DNA of 42,021 nucleotides, taken from an uncultured Nitrospinaceae bacterium (lineage in GTDB: Bacteria; UBA8248). A program made the translations under genes and the position numbers. Positions 19,067 to 28,740 of this stretch are shown in pieces; position 1 is the stretch's first letter; every line of letters begins with the position of its first letter. Location of the stretch: positions 1 through 42,021 of the forward strand of contig CAXFSR010000024.1 of NCBI GenBank assembly GCA_964005815.1, given 5' to 3'. The notes beneath the pieces are model-generated. The model did not search any database, had not been told where the DNA came from, and saw only the letters and a program-made list of their open reading frames with translations.

Positions 19067-20485
19067 ATGTCAAACCATGAGCTTGTTTCTCTTCCTATTT
19101 TTGAATTATCAGAAAAAATACAATCAAAAGAAATTTCTATTACCGAGCTTACTCGGTCAACATTGGAACAAATTGATAAGTTAAATCCGAAAATTAACGC
19201 TTTTATAACGGTTTGTTACGAAGAAGCAACTAAATCTGCAATTTTACTAGATAAAGAAATACAAAATTCTTCTTACAGAGGACCACTTCATGGCATCCCC
19301 ATAGGGATAAAAGATATTATTGATTGCAAAGACACAAAAACTACTTTTGGTTCTTCTATGTATACAGAGAATATTTCAAAAGAAGATGCAGAATGCACGA
19401 GAAGATTAAAAGAAGCAGGGGCTATCATAATAGGAAAATGTAACACGCACGAATTTGCGATGGGTTCAACAAATAAAAATCCACATTATGGTCCTTGTAG
19501 AAATCCGTGGGATGTAGAGCGTGTCCCAGCCGGATCAAGTGGCGGTTCTGGTGCTTCTGTAGCGGCCCATATGTGTCCCGGTACACTGGGAACTGATACT
19601 GGTGGTTCCGTTAGAGGTCCGGCTGCGATTTGTGGAACAATTGGTCTAAAACCAACATATGGATTAATAAGTCTTCGGGGAGTTCATCCAAATGCCACAA
19701 GTTTGGATCATGTTGGAACACTAACTAGAAACGCAAAAGACTCTGCTATAATGCTTCAAGCCATTGCGGGTTTTGATCCTAAAGATTCCACTTCCATTAA
19801 TACACCAATTCCAAACTATATGGATGAAATTGAAAATGGCATTAATGAATTTCGTCTTATTCACTGCCCTGACTTAATTCAAACTGAAATCGATTCAGAG
19901 ATTTATGAATCTTTTGAGAATTCTTTAAAAATTATGGAAGATATAGGGGCTAAAATAGAAACTGTTAGCTGCCCCATTGCAAGCGAGATTAACAAATACA
20001 GGAAACCTATAGCAGACGCAGAACTCCTATCAGTACATAGAGAAAATTTGGAAAATTCCCCAGAAAAATTTGGTGAAGATGTTTTAGAAAGATTAGAAAA
20101 CGCCAAATACGCCTCAATAGATTTGTACATAGATGCCTGCAAACAAAAAGTAATTATTCGGAGAAAAATGGAAGAATTTTTACAAGGATTTGATGCCATA
20201 ATTCTACCCGGTTATCCGTGTGTAGCGGCACCAATCGAAACTACTATCGCAGAAGTAAACGGGAAAAAAGTGCCATTTATGGGACTTAGTAGAGATTTGA
20301 CTGGTCCATATAATTTCGTAGGATTTCCCGCAATTTCAGTACCCTCTGGATTTTCTAAAAAAGAAAAACTACCTATGGCTATTCAAATTGTCGGGATGCC
20401 AAATAACGAGGCACACATACTTAGAATTGCAAATGCTTATGAATCAGCCACACCTGAAATACGTAATATTAAACCTGCACTATAA
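19067..20485 (+). CDS. Amidase signature family protein
   Basis: GPLHGIPIGIKD, GSSGGS, GTDTGGSVR (Ser-cisSer-Lys triad). Confidence 0.93.
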   Translation: MSNHELVSLPIFELSEKIQSKEISITELTRSTLEQIDKLNPKINAFITVCYEEATKSAILLDKEIQNSSYRGPLHGIPIGIKDIIDCKDTKTTFGSSMYTENISKEDAECTRRLKEAGAIIIGKCNTHEFAMGSTNKNPHYGPCRNPWDVERVPAGSSGGSGASVAAHMCPGTLGTDTGGSVRGPAAICGTIGLKPTYGLISLRGVHPNATSLDHVGTLTRNAKDSAIMLQAIAGFDPKDSTSINTPIPNYMDEIENGINEFRLIHCPDLIQTEIDSEIYESFENSLKIMEDIGAKIETVSCPIASEINKYRKPIADAELLSVHRENLENSPEKFGEDVLERLENAKYASIDLYIDACKQKVIIRRKMEEFLQGFDAIILPGYPCVAAPIETTIAEVNGKKVPFMGLSRDLTGPYNFVGFPAISVPSGFSKKEKLPMAIQIVGMPNNEAHILRIANAYESATPEIRNIKPAL

Positions 20486-20497
20486 GATTAAATCCAT

Positions 20498-21397
20498 TCA
20501 ATTTAATTTTAAAACTTTTTTAACAAGAGGAACTATCTCGGAAAAGCTTTCGACAATGTAAACACCTGCTTTTCTTAATTTTTCTTTTTTTATCGATGGA
20601 GAACCTATCCCACGTTCAATAATTGCGCCTGTATGACCAAATGTAGATGGGGTCTGTGAATTTTCTAAATTATCACCTGGTATCATTGCTATAACAGGTT
20701 TTGTAAAATTCCCAGATAAAATAAAATCTGCTACAGCTTCCTCTCTCCCAGTTCCAGGTTCACCAAAAATAAATACACATTTCGTCTCATCGTCTTTTTG
20801 AAACAATTCTAAAATATCAACAAATGCAGAACCTATTAATAAATCTCCACCAATCGCTACATAAGTACTTTGACCAATACCTGCGGCAGTCAAAAAAAGA
20901 CAAACTTCCGTTCCCATACCCCCACTTCTGCTAATCACTCCTAATGGTCCTTGAGTAAACATCAATTCGGGAGTCTCCCCGCCTGTTGCACCAATTTTAG
21001 CCTTTCCAGGTGAAATCATTCCTTGACTATTTGGACCAATAATCTGAACTTCATACTCTTTTGCTAAGGTAATTATCTGCGAAGAATCATGATGCGGAAC
21101 ACCTTCGGCTAAGATATGAATTGTTTTTATTCCTGCGTGAATAGCTTCAAAAGATGCTTCTTTCACAAAACGTGCTGGAACAAACAAAACTGAAAGATCA
21201 ATTTTATGAGTTTGTATACATTCTTGAATAGTATCGTAAACAGGAATGCCTTCTATATACTGTCCGCCTTTTCCAGGTGTAGTACCAGCAACTATTTTTG
21301 TCCCGTACTCTCTCATTGTCGGGAGAAAACGTCTTGCTTCACCACCAGTAATACCTTGTACTAAAACTCTCGTAGATTCATCTAAAATAATACTCAT
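20498..21397 (-). CDS. ADP-forming acyl-CoA synthetase alpha subunit (SucD-like)
   Basis: VLVQGITG, IGPNSQG, SRSGG, IGGD, FGEPG, phospho-His motif FGHTGA. Confidence 0.85.
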   Translation of the reverse strand: MSIILDESTRVLVQGITGGEARRFLPTMREYGTKIVAGTTPGKGGQYIEGIPVYDTIQECIQTHKIDLSVLFVPARFVKEASFEAIHAGIKTIHILAEGVPHHDSSQIITLAKEYEVQIIGPNSQGMISPGKAKIGATGGETPELMFTQGPLGVISRSGGMGTEVCLFLTAAGIGQSTYVAIGGDLLIGSAFVDILELFQKDDETKCVFIFGEPGTGREEAVADFILSGNFTKPVIAMIPGDNLENSQTPSTFGHTGAIIERGIGSPSIKKEKLRKAGVYIVESFSEIVPLVKKVLKLN

Positions 21398-22623
21398 TTA
21401 CTCACCACTTTTCTCTTATAAACAAGTTCAACAATTTTTTGTGACAAATCATCTAAAGAAAAATCTTTCTCATAGAAATGTATATCTGGAAGTTCAGAAA
21501 CAATCTCTCTTGCCCTTTCTATTCCAGGACCCGCAAAACGTATAACAACTGGAAATTTCTTAAAATCTAGTCTTGAATTTTTTAGAGCACGTACCACTGA
21601 TTCCATCTTTACATCTACTTTCGTAAAATTACTTACGTTCCCTGCTATAACAAGCCCTTTCAATCCAGGTTTTGTTAAAAGTAGTTCAACCGCCAAAGAA
21701 ACTTTTTCCTGATACACTTTATTAATTCCAGGTGTAATATCAAACGTACTTGCTGGGCGACCTCCATTTGAAATAATTTGACTAAAACCCGTAAGTGAAT
21801 ATCCTCCACCCGTTAGCATAAATCCTATATCTCCCTCTAGTTCTCCAAACCTTATCGATGCAACATCCAGATCTATCTCATCAATTTTTTTCATTTTAGA
21901 TTCTAAATCAGTCAGTGGTCGCCAGCCATTTCCTTCATCATTAGGCAAAAACTTTTTAAGTTTTTTTTGTCTGAAAAGAGCCTGATCGTCTAAAGTTATA
22001 ACTGCCGATGCAGCAGAAATTTTTCCATTTTTAAGTTCCACTAAAGGATTTATCTCAATCATTCTACAATCACACTTTTTAAACATCGAAAATAATTTAA
22101 GAACACAAATCGCAATTTGATTAGCAATTTTGTCTTCAAATCCGGAACAAATAATGTTTGGGAAAATATCCTCCATACTATATTCTTTCAAAATATTTAA
22201 TGGAATTTGAGTAATAACTTCAGGATTATTTTCGGACAATTCTTCAATATCGACTCCGCCATTTTTACTTAAAAGAACTATCGGGGAATTAGAATTAGAA
22301 TCAAAAGTAATAGAAACAAAGAATTCTCTAACAATATCAAGTTTCTCCATAACTATAAGTTGATTAACAGGAAAAAATCCTACCTTTGAATCCATTACTG
22401 CAGAAGCATTTTCTTCTACTTTATCAAGAGAATTTATAATTCTGACTGCACCAGCTTTTCCACGCTTACCAGTAGGTACAAGTGCTTTTAATACACATTC
22501 CCCACCAAGTTCTTGACAAACACCAACTGCATCTTCTGGTTTGGAAACAACTGAATAAGACGGCACAGAGATATCATGTTGCTTAATCAGTTCTAAGGAA
22601 AAGTTTTCAAGAAGACGGACCAT
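21394..22623 (-). CDS. ADP-forming acyl-CoA synthetase beta subunit (SucC / ATP-citrate lyase B-like ATP-grasp)
   Basis: VLKALVPTGKRGKAGAV, GGVDIEE, EINPL, DDQALFRQ, PVVIRFAGP. Confidence 0.82.
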   Translation of the reverse strand: MVRLLENFSLELIKQHDISVPSYSVVSKPEDAVGVCQELGGECVLKALVPTGKRGKAGAVRIINSLDKVEENASAVMDSKVGFFPVNQLIVMEKLDIVREFFVSITFDSNSNSPIVLLSKNGGVDIEELSENNPEVITQIPLNILKEYSMEDIFPNIICSGFEDKIANQIAICVLKLFSMFKKCDCRMIEINPLVELKNGKISAASAVITLDDQALFRQKKLKKFLPNDEGNGWRPLTDLESKMKKIDEIDLDVASIRFGELEGDIGFMLTGGGYSLTGFSQIISNGGRPASTFDITPGINKVYQEKVSLAVELLLTKPGLKGLVIAGNVSNFTKVDVKMESVVRALKNSRLDFKKFPVVIRFAGPGIERAREIVSELPDIHFYEKDFSLDDLSQKIVELVYKRKVVSK

Positions 22624-22759
22624 ATGAACCTTTGAGATAAAGTTTTTTTATATTTAATGTATTTTGCCAAAAGATAAAATAGCAATAGACCAACTATAGT
22701 TATTTGGAAAATAATCAATCATATCTGATCTCCTTTAACAATGGGATTAAATCCAAAAA

Positions 22760-22851
22760 TGGCGGAGAGGGAGGGATTTGAACCCCCGGTACAGTTACCT
22801 GCACAACAGATTTCGAATCTGCCGCCTTAAACCAGACTCGGCCACCTCTCC
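22760..22851 (-). tRNA. tRNA-Ser(CGA)
   Basis: Reverse complement reads GGAGAGGTGGCCGAG...loop TT-CGA-AA...long variable arm...GGTTCAAATCC...CTCCGCCA. Confidence 0.95.
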
Positions 22852-22864
22852 TTATTAAAGTTGG

Positions 22865-23368
22865 CTACTTTTCTTTTGACGCTTTCATATCTTTTGCAAT
22901 TTTTCTTTTTTCCCCAAAAAAAAATTGCAAGAGTTCAATACTTTCATTCTCTAGAATCCCAGAAGTAACTGAAACTCTATGATTAATCCTCGGATCTACA
23001 GGAACATTAAATAAAGAACCGCATGCTCCCCCTTTCGGATCTTTAGCTCCAAATACTAATCTCTCTAAACGAGAATTAACAATAGCACCAGCACACATGG
23101 CACAGGGCTCCAACGTTACGTATAAAGTAGCTCCATCAAGTCTCCATTGTTCCAAGGTTTTAGCGGCCTCTCTTACAGCAATCACTTCCGCATGAGCAGT
23201 TGGATCCGACAAAACTTCACGTTGATTATAACCTGTACCTAAAACTTCCCCGTTCTTAACTACAATTGAACCAACAGGAACATCTCCTGCATCATGAGCA
23301 AGTTTTGCTAATTCTAATGCACGCCACATCCAAATAATGTCAGAAACCATAGCCTCAGATGAACTCAT
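22865..23368 (-). CDS. tadA: tRNA adenosine(34) deaminase
   Basis: DPTAHAE, TLEPCAMCAGAI, DPKGGA, NHR motifs. Confidence 0.93.
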   Translation of the reverse strand: MSSSEAMVSDIIWMWRALELAKLAHDAGDVPVGSIVVKNGEVLGTGYNQREVLSDPTAHAEVIAVREAAKTLEQWRLDGATLYVTLEPCAMCAGAIVNSRLERLVFGAKDPKGGACGSLFNVPVDPRINHRVSVTSGILENESIELLQFFFGEKRKIAKDMKASKEK

Positions 23369-23498
23369 CTGTTAATTATCTCTTTTGAAAATTAATAAAA
23401 TTATTTATATGGGAATTGCAGTACGAGTTTTACAATAAAAAATTGCTTATTTCCATCCTTAAATCTTGATATATGATAGAAAAATAACATATAAAAAA

Positions 23499-24314
23499 TT
23501 ATATTTTCATTAAATCTTTTCCAACAATAATTTCTCCATCAAAATACCTAGCTATCTCTTGTTTAATTTCTTCAGATGGTGCCATTGGAGGAGTTACATG
23601 AGAAAGAACAACCTTTTTTACATTTGCTTTAGTAGCAGTTTCTCCAATTTCAGTTGTCGAAGCATGATGTCCCGCAATAATCTTTGCCATACTTGCTGTT
23701 TGCCCCAACATTTCTACAATTTTTTCGGGTAAACATGGATGCATCATAAGAATATCTGCATTTTCTGCAAAAGAAACAAGTTTTTGATTAGGGCTACCAT
23801 CACTTGCTATTACTATTTTTCTTCCCTCAGATTCAAAAGAATAAGATAAAATATCATCGACATTTCCATGCAGAGTACACTTATCCACTCTGAGAAGAAA
23901 ATCTTCATTTCTCAACGAATCTCCAGGGGAAAATTCTATCACTTCTATACCTAAACCTTCCCGTGGTTTACCTTCATTAGCTCGAATTTCAATATCATAT
24001 TCATAATAATGTTGCATTCTTTCCACTATCTCCTTAACAGGTTCTGGCCCATATACAGTTAGAGGATTAGTCGCACCGAAAAGCCATCTGGTAATGTAGA
24101 AATCTGCGAATCCTGTAAAATGATCGGAGTGAAAATGAGTAAAGAAAAGAGTATCGACATCCTTAACATTAAATCCAGATGCAGTAATCTGCCTTACAAC
24201 GTTTCGTCCGGCATCTAATAGATACATTTTTTCGTTAACTACAATAGCATTTGCATGACCGCTATTGCCTGGCGAAGGCGGAGGAGAACCCGTTCCTAAT
24301 AAAATCAAATCCAT
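23499..24314 (-). CDS. MBL-fold hydrolase (RNase Z / arylsulfatase AtsA-like)
   Basis: LLGTGSP, DAG, THFHSDH, ASD, LSH motifs. Confidence 0.85.
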   Translation of the reverse strand: MDLILLGTGSPPPSPGNSGHANAIVVNEKMYLLDAGRNVVRQITASGFNVKDVDTLFFTHFHSDHFTGFADFYITRWLFGATNPLTVYGPEPVKEIVERMQHYYEYDIEIRANEGKPREGLGIEVIEFSPGDSLRNEDFLLRVDKCTLHGNVDDILSYSFESEGRKIVIASDGSPNQKLVSFAENADILMMHPCLPEKIVEMLGQTASMAKIIAGHHASTTEIGETATKANVKKVVLSHVTPPMAPSEEIKQEIARYFDGEIIVGKDLMKI

Positions 24315-24497
24315 ATGAAACTTCCAAAAAGTTTATAAAACGTATTCAGATTATCAATTTTTATATATAACAACGCAAGTTTTTTTTCAGACTAATAATT
24401 TTATAGTGGACAAACTCACCATAGATAATTACCTTATCTCTTATATAAGATAATTTAAATACTAAAATATGTAATTAACTAGTTAAGGAATTTTGTA

Positions 24498-25370
24498 ATG
24501 GCAAAAATAGCAGGTCAATCTTCAAGAATTGCAAAATTTTTTCGTGTGGAAGAACTAAAAAATAATATTTCCGCTGTTATCTGCTGTGAAATTTCTGGCA
24601 ATGGATCTCCTATAATTCTTATTCCAGGGTTAGGAGATACCGTATGGGTTTGGAAAAAATTAATACCATATATTGAAAGCAAATATAAAGTTTTCGCTTT
24701 AGAACAAAGAGGTCATGGACGCTCTTCTAGTCCAGTAGGACCCTATAAATCAGAAGATTTTGAAAATGATTTATACAAGCTTTTAGAACATACTGGTGTT
24801 GATTCTCCTGTAATAATTGGTCATGGTTTTGGCGGAATGATTGCTTTAAATTTTTCAATTAGATATCCAGAAATAGCATCTGGAATTGTCGCAATAAGTC
24901 CAGAGTTCTTCATAGAAAAGGACTCCCATAGAATTCATATTCAAGAAGGATTGGAATTAGCTTATCGAAAAGATATGCATGGTGCCTACAAAAAAAGAAG
25001 AGAAAGCAAAAGAGAACCAAAAGGAATGTCTTCCAAAGAAAGAGCAGAACACCACCGTCTTTTTTTAAAAAATGATTCAATGGGATATTCTCATTCTTGC
25101 TCTGCAAACTTAGAAATTCTATCTAACAATCAGAAAATAAAGAACCTTTCTATTCCTGTCCTGCTTGTTTACGGGGAACTGGACATCAAACAAAAAGAAT
25201 CTATTACAATTTCAAGTAATCTTCCTTCAAATTTTGAAAATATTATCGTAGATCGTGCTGGGAATTACGTTCATCTTGACAAACCAGAGTCACTAGAACA
25301 TTTAATTTACGAGTTTATTATGAAAAACAACCTCCAATTTAAAGTTAAAGATACAGGAGAAACACAATGA
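24498..25370 (+). CDS. Alpha/beta hydrolase fold protein, catalytic residues apparently lost
   Basis: G.G.PIILIPG, EQRGHGRS, nucleophile elbow GHGFGG, PVLLVYGELD, AGNYVH. Confidence 0.82.
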   Translation: MAKIAGQSSRIAKFFRVEELKNNISAVICCEISGNGSPIILIPGLGDTVWVWKKLIPYIESKYKVFALEQRGHGRSSSPVGPYKSEDFENDLYKLLEHTGVDSPVIIGHGFGGMIALNFSIRYPEIASGIVAISPEFFIEKDSHRIHIQEGLELAYRKDMHGAYKKRRESKREPKGMSSKERAEHHRLFLKNDSMGYSHSCSANLEILSNNQKIKNLSIPVLLVYGELDIKQKESITISSNLPSNFENIIVDRAGNYVHLDKPESLEHLIYEFIMKNNLQFKVKDTGETQ

Positions 25371-26047
25371 GTAAACTAATAGATCTAACGGCACCGCTTG
25401 GACACCCTGATCTCTGCCTTGTCCCAACATTTCCACCCGTAGAGTTCTGGAAGTTTCATGAACACGAGTCACATGGAAGGCAAAATAGCGCAGTAAAAAT
25501 GGCTATTCACCAAGGAACACACTTAGACTCACCTAACCATTTTTTTTCAGATGGAGTCACTTTAGATGAAATGCCTTTAGATACTTTTTGCGGAAAGGCA
25601 ATTAAGATCGATGTTCGTACAACTTCTAAGCCAGCAAGTGAAATTACAAAAGAACATATTATAAATTCTCCAGGCTTTGATCCGAAAAAATTAAATGGGG
25701 CGATTGCAGTAACCTGGTCTGGTTGGTCAAAGAAAGCTATTTTCACTGAAGATTATTTTCCTAAGAATCCATATCTTAACAAGGAAGCATGTGAATTCCT
25801 TTGCGATTGCGGGATGAAAGCCTTATGTATGGATCATCCTATTGATCCTGGTATGAAACCAGGAGGAAAAGCCTCTAAGGGAGACTCTCCAGGTCATAGA
25901 ACTGTTTTGGGAAATGGAATTCCTCTTATAGAACACGTAGTAAATCTTGATTCTTTTGAGGAGATGGAGTTTGAAATTTTTGCATTTCCAGTTAAACTTT
26001 ACAAAGTCGAAGGTGCCCCCGCACGGGTTGTGGCAAGGATCCCGTAG
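25367..26047 (+). CDS. Cyclase family protein (kynurenine formamidase / isatin hydrolase-like)
   Basis: HQGTHLDSPNH signature and GAPARVVA C-terminus. Confidence 0.9.
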   Translation: MSKLIDLTAPLGHPDLCLVPTFPPVEFWKFHEHESHGRQNSAVKMAIHQGTHLDSPNHFFSDGVTLDEMPLDTFCGKAIKIDVRTTSKPASEITKEHIINSPGFDPKKLNGAIAVTWSGWSKKAIFTEDYFPKNPYLNKEACEFLCDCGMKALCMDHPIDPGMKPGGKASKGDSPGHRTVLGNGIPLIEHVVNLDSFEEMEFEIFAFPVKLYKVEGAPARVVARIP

Positions 26048-26089
26048 TCCCTCATATAACATTCATCAATTTAGAAAGAGGATAACTTT

Positions 26090-26707
26090 ATGTACGGATT
26101 TACCTTGTTAACAAGCTTATTTATTGGTGGTCTTGTTATCGCAGATGTTCTAGCATCTAAAATAATTATGATTGGCTCTTTGACAGTATCCGCGGGTGTG
26201 TTGGCTTATTCAATAACTTTTACGTGTACCGATATTTTAGGAGAAGTCTTTGGTAAAGAAAGAACCAGAAAGGTGGTTATGGCAGGGTTCATTACCAAAG
26301 TACTTGTTTTAGTTTTGATGCAAATTTCTATTTTATGGCCTGCCGCTGTATTTTGGAAAAATCAAGCTGCATATGAAACAGTTCTTAACGCTGGTTCAAG
26401 AATTGTTATAGCAAGTATTTTTGCATATTTAACAAGCCAATTTACTGATGTTTGGATTTTTTCAAAGATAAAAGAGAAAACAGAAGGTAAATATCTATGG
26501 CTTAGAAATAATGTCTCTACTATCATTTCACAGTTTATCGATACTGTTATTTTTATAACTATCGCATTTTATGGGGTCTTCCCTAATAGTGTAGTGCTCT
26601 CAATAATAATCGGACAATGGTTTATTAAGATTGTTGTTGCTCTTATAGATACTCCATTTGTATACGCAGGAGTTAATATTTTACGCAAACATTCCGATCA
26701 CAGTTAA
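26090..26707 (+). CDS. yhhQ: Queuosine-precursor transporter family (YhhQ / Vut_1)
   Basis: Hydrophobic protein with TDILGEVFG, RIVIASIFAYLTSQ..D, WLRNNVSTIISQFIDT. Confidence 0.88.
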   Translation: MYGFTLLTSLFIGGLVIADVLASKIIMIGSLTVSAGVLAYSITFTCTDILGEVFGKERTRKVVMAGFITKVLVLVLMQISILWPAAVFWKNQAAYETVLNAGSRIVIASIFAYLTSQFTDVWIFSKIKEKTEGKYLWLRNNVSTIISQFIDTVIFITIAFYGVFPNSVVLSIIIGQWFIKIVVALIDTPFVYAGVNILRKHSDHS

Positions 26708-26721
26708 TTCGGAGAAATACT

Positions 26722-27111
26722 ATGCCTTTTTATAAAATTGAAGAGATGGAAACGAAATATTCTGAAGTTGGACCTGCAACTGCTAAAACAGTAGCGGGAG
26801 ATCTCATGAAAGCTGGGGTAGTAACTTATCAAACAGGAGAAGGACCTCCTCCGCACTTCCATCCAAATGAAGAACAGTTCATGTTAGTCATTTCTGGTAA
26901 AATGAATATGATCCTTGGAGACGAAAACAAAGAAATCCAATCTGGGGACTTAATACATATTCCAAGAAACACAAGACATGGAATTTTTACAACAGAAGGT
27001 CCAGCCGTTTTCTTTGCGGTTAAAAGTCCTTGTGGAGATGGCACACTTGATCAAGACTATAATAAGGCAGAAGATGCAGAAGAAGTAATGGAAAAACTTT
27101 CCGGACAATAA
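26722..27111 (+). CDS. Cupin domain protein
   Basis: PPHFHPNEEQ and GDLIHIPRNTRH metal motifs. Confidence 0.9.
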   Translation: MPFYKIEEMETKYSEVGPATAKTVAGDLMKAGVVTYQTGEGPPPHFHPNEEQFMLVISGKMNMILGDENKEIQSGDLIHIPRNTRHGIFTTEGPAVFFAVKSPCGDGTLDQDYNKAEDAEEVMEKLSGQ

Positions 27112-27117
27112 ATTTAA

Positions 27118-27157
27118 AAGCGGCCTGAAAATATTTTCAAAATTTTTCAGGTCGCTT
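27118..27157. terminator. Hairpin / probable terminator after the cupin gene
   Basis: AAGCGGCCTGAAAA (27118-27131) pairs with TTTTCAGGTCGCTT (27144-27157), with one G-U pair. Confidence 0.65.
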
Positions 27158-27245
27158 CATTGAATTCCTATTTTGAAATCATTTTTCATAAAAAATTTAC
27201 GCCCTTAGTATAATTTACTTCCTACGTTCTTTTCTTGAGAGTTTA

Positions 27246-27644
27246 ATGGATTTTGGTTTTGATCATGTACATTTTTTGGTAAGTGACGTTCGAGCGCTAA
27301 CCGATTATTTTGATAAAGTTTTTGGAATGCAAATAATTGATTATAAAGAGAATCATAAAGGTGCTGCTTACGCAATTTTAAGGTTTGGAAATGGCACTCT
27401 CCGTATTCGAGGCATGAGAGAAAATGATGACCCGGATTCTAGAAATCCAGAGTTAGTAGAAGGACTCGATCATATTGGGTTATCTGTAGAAAATGTCCGT
27501 AATGCACTAGAATGGCTTGTATCAAGAGGAGCAGAAGTTTTTCAAGAACCAGAAGATACCGGAATAGGAGGTAGAACTATCGCCTTTATTAAAGGCCCAG
27601 GAAATATAAGGATTGAACTTTGTCAAAAAACAGAATATCAATAA
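27246..27644 (+). CDS. VOC / glyoxalase family protein
   Basis: FDHVHF.VSD, GLDHIGL.V, F..GPGNIRIEL. Confidence 0.88.
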   Translation: MDFGFDHVHFLVSDVRALTDYFDKVFGMQIIDYKENHKGAAYAILRFGNGTLRIRGMRENDDPDSRNPELVEGLDHIGLSVENVRNALEWLVSRGAEVFQEPEDTGIGGRTIAFIKGPGNIRIELCQKTEYQ

Positions 27645-27669
27645 TTAAGAAAAAGAGAAAATTATTTAA

Positions 27670-28740
27670 ATGAAGATTGCATTAACAGCCGATGTTCACC
27701 TTATAAGCCAGTCAAAAACACCAGAAAGGTTCTCCGCTCTTAATTTTATTCTGCAAAATATGGAACAAGAACAAATCGATACTTTAATAATTGCTGGAGA
27801 TCTATTTGATCAAGACCAAAGCAATGTTTCCGAAATCGAAAATCTTTTAAAAGATTATCCAGGATTTTCTATACATATAATTCCAGGGAACCACGATGAA
27901 AATATACAAAATTCACATTTTTCAGGAGAGCAATTTTGTATACATGAAAAACCTACAGTTGTTAAATTAGGAAATTCACATTTTGGATTTGTCCCCTTTA
28001 AAAAAGACAAAAAAATGGGGGAAATCATCTCAGAGATACAAAACAAAATCGATGGAAAGGATTGGATTTTGATTTCTCATGGAGATTTCTACGCTGGAAG
28101 AAAAGAACAAAATCCTCTTGAACCAGGTGAATATATGCCTCTTACAAGAAACGATCTTTCTAAGTATAAACCAAAATTAACCTTTCTTGGTCATATTCAT
28201 AAACCCCAATTCCTCGAAAATAGTGTTTATTATTTAGGATCTCCTTGCGGATTAGATATTACGGAAACAGGAAAAAGAAGATTTTTAATTTTTGATACTA
28301 ATAATTTTTCTATAAAACCTACAGAAATAAAAACAGATATAATTTATATTCAAGAGTCATTTACCATTTTCCCATCTGAAGATGAAATACAAAATTTGCG
28401 CACTCAAATCCGAAAACGCATTGAATCTTGGAAATTGGATAATAACGAAAAAAATAAGGTGCGCCTCCGTATAGAAGTAAGAGGATATTGCGAAAACAGA
28501 AAAAAAATAATTGAAACAACAAAATCTGCATTCCAAGAATATTCTTTTCACGACGATGATGGTCCTGATCATAAAAAATTAAGCACAATTCAGAGCAATT
28601 CTCAATTAAATAAAATAGCACAAAGAGTTATCTCAAAAATTGAGAATGAAGAAGATTGGAATTTTATTGATGGAGAACCAACCAAAAATGATATCGTATG
28701 GAAAGCTCTAGAAACAATTTACGGGAGCATTTCCAAATGA
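27670..28740 (+). CDS. SbcD/Mre11-like metallophosphoesterase (YhaO-like)
   Basis: ADVH, AGDLFD, PGNHD, SHG, LGHIH, Y.GSP motifs. Confidence 0.88.
   Translation: MKIALTADVHLISQSKTPERFSALNFILQNMEQEQIDTLIIAGDLFDQDQSNVSEIENLLKDYPGFSIHIIPGNHDENIQNSHFSGEQFCIHEKPTVVKLGNSHFGFVPFKKDKKMGEIISEIQNKIDGKDWILISHGDFYAGRKEQNPLEPGEYMPLTRNDLSKYKPKLTFLGHIHKPQFLENSVYYLGSPCGLDITETGKRRFLIFDTNNFSIKPTEIKTDIIYIQESFTIFPSEDEIQNLRTQIRKRIESWKLDNNEKNKVRLRIEVRGYCENRKKIIETTKSAFQEYSFHDDDGPDHKKLSTIQSNSQLNKIAQRVISKIENEEDWNFIDGEPTKNDIVWKALETIYGSISK

Noticed and set aside
18773..22759. tRNA-anchored genomic island or prophage
   Set aside because: No integrase, transposase or duplicated tRNA 3' end seen; the cargo is metabolic.
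24439..24450. Palindrome TCTTATATAAGA in a divergent promoter region
   Set aside because: Short and AT-rich, expected by chance here; no cognate regulator nearby.
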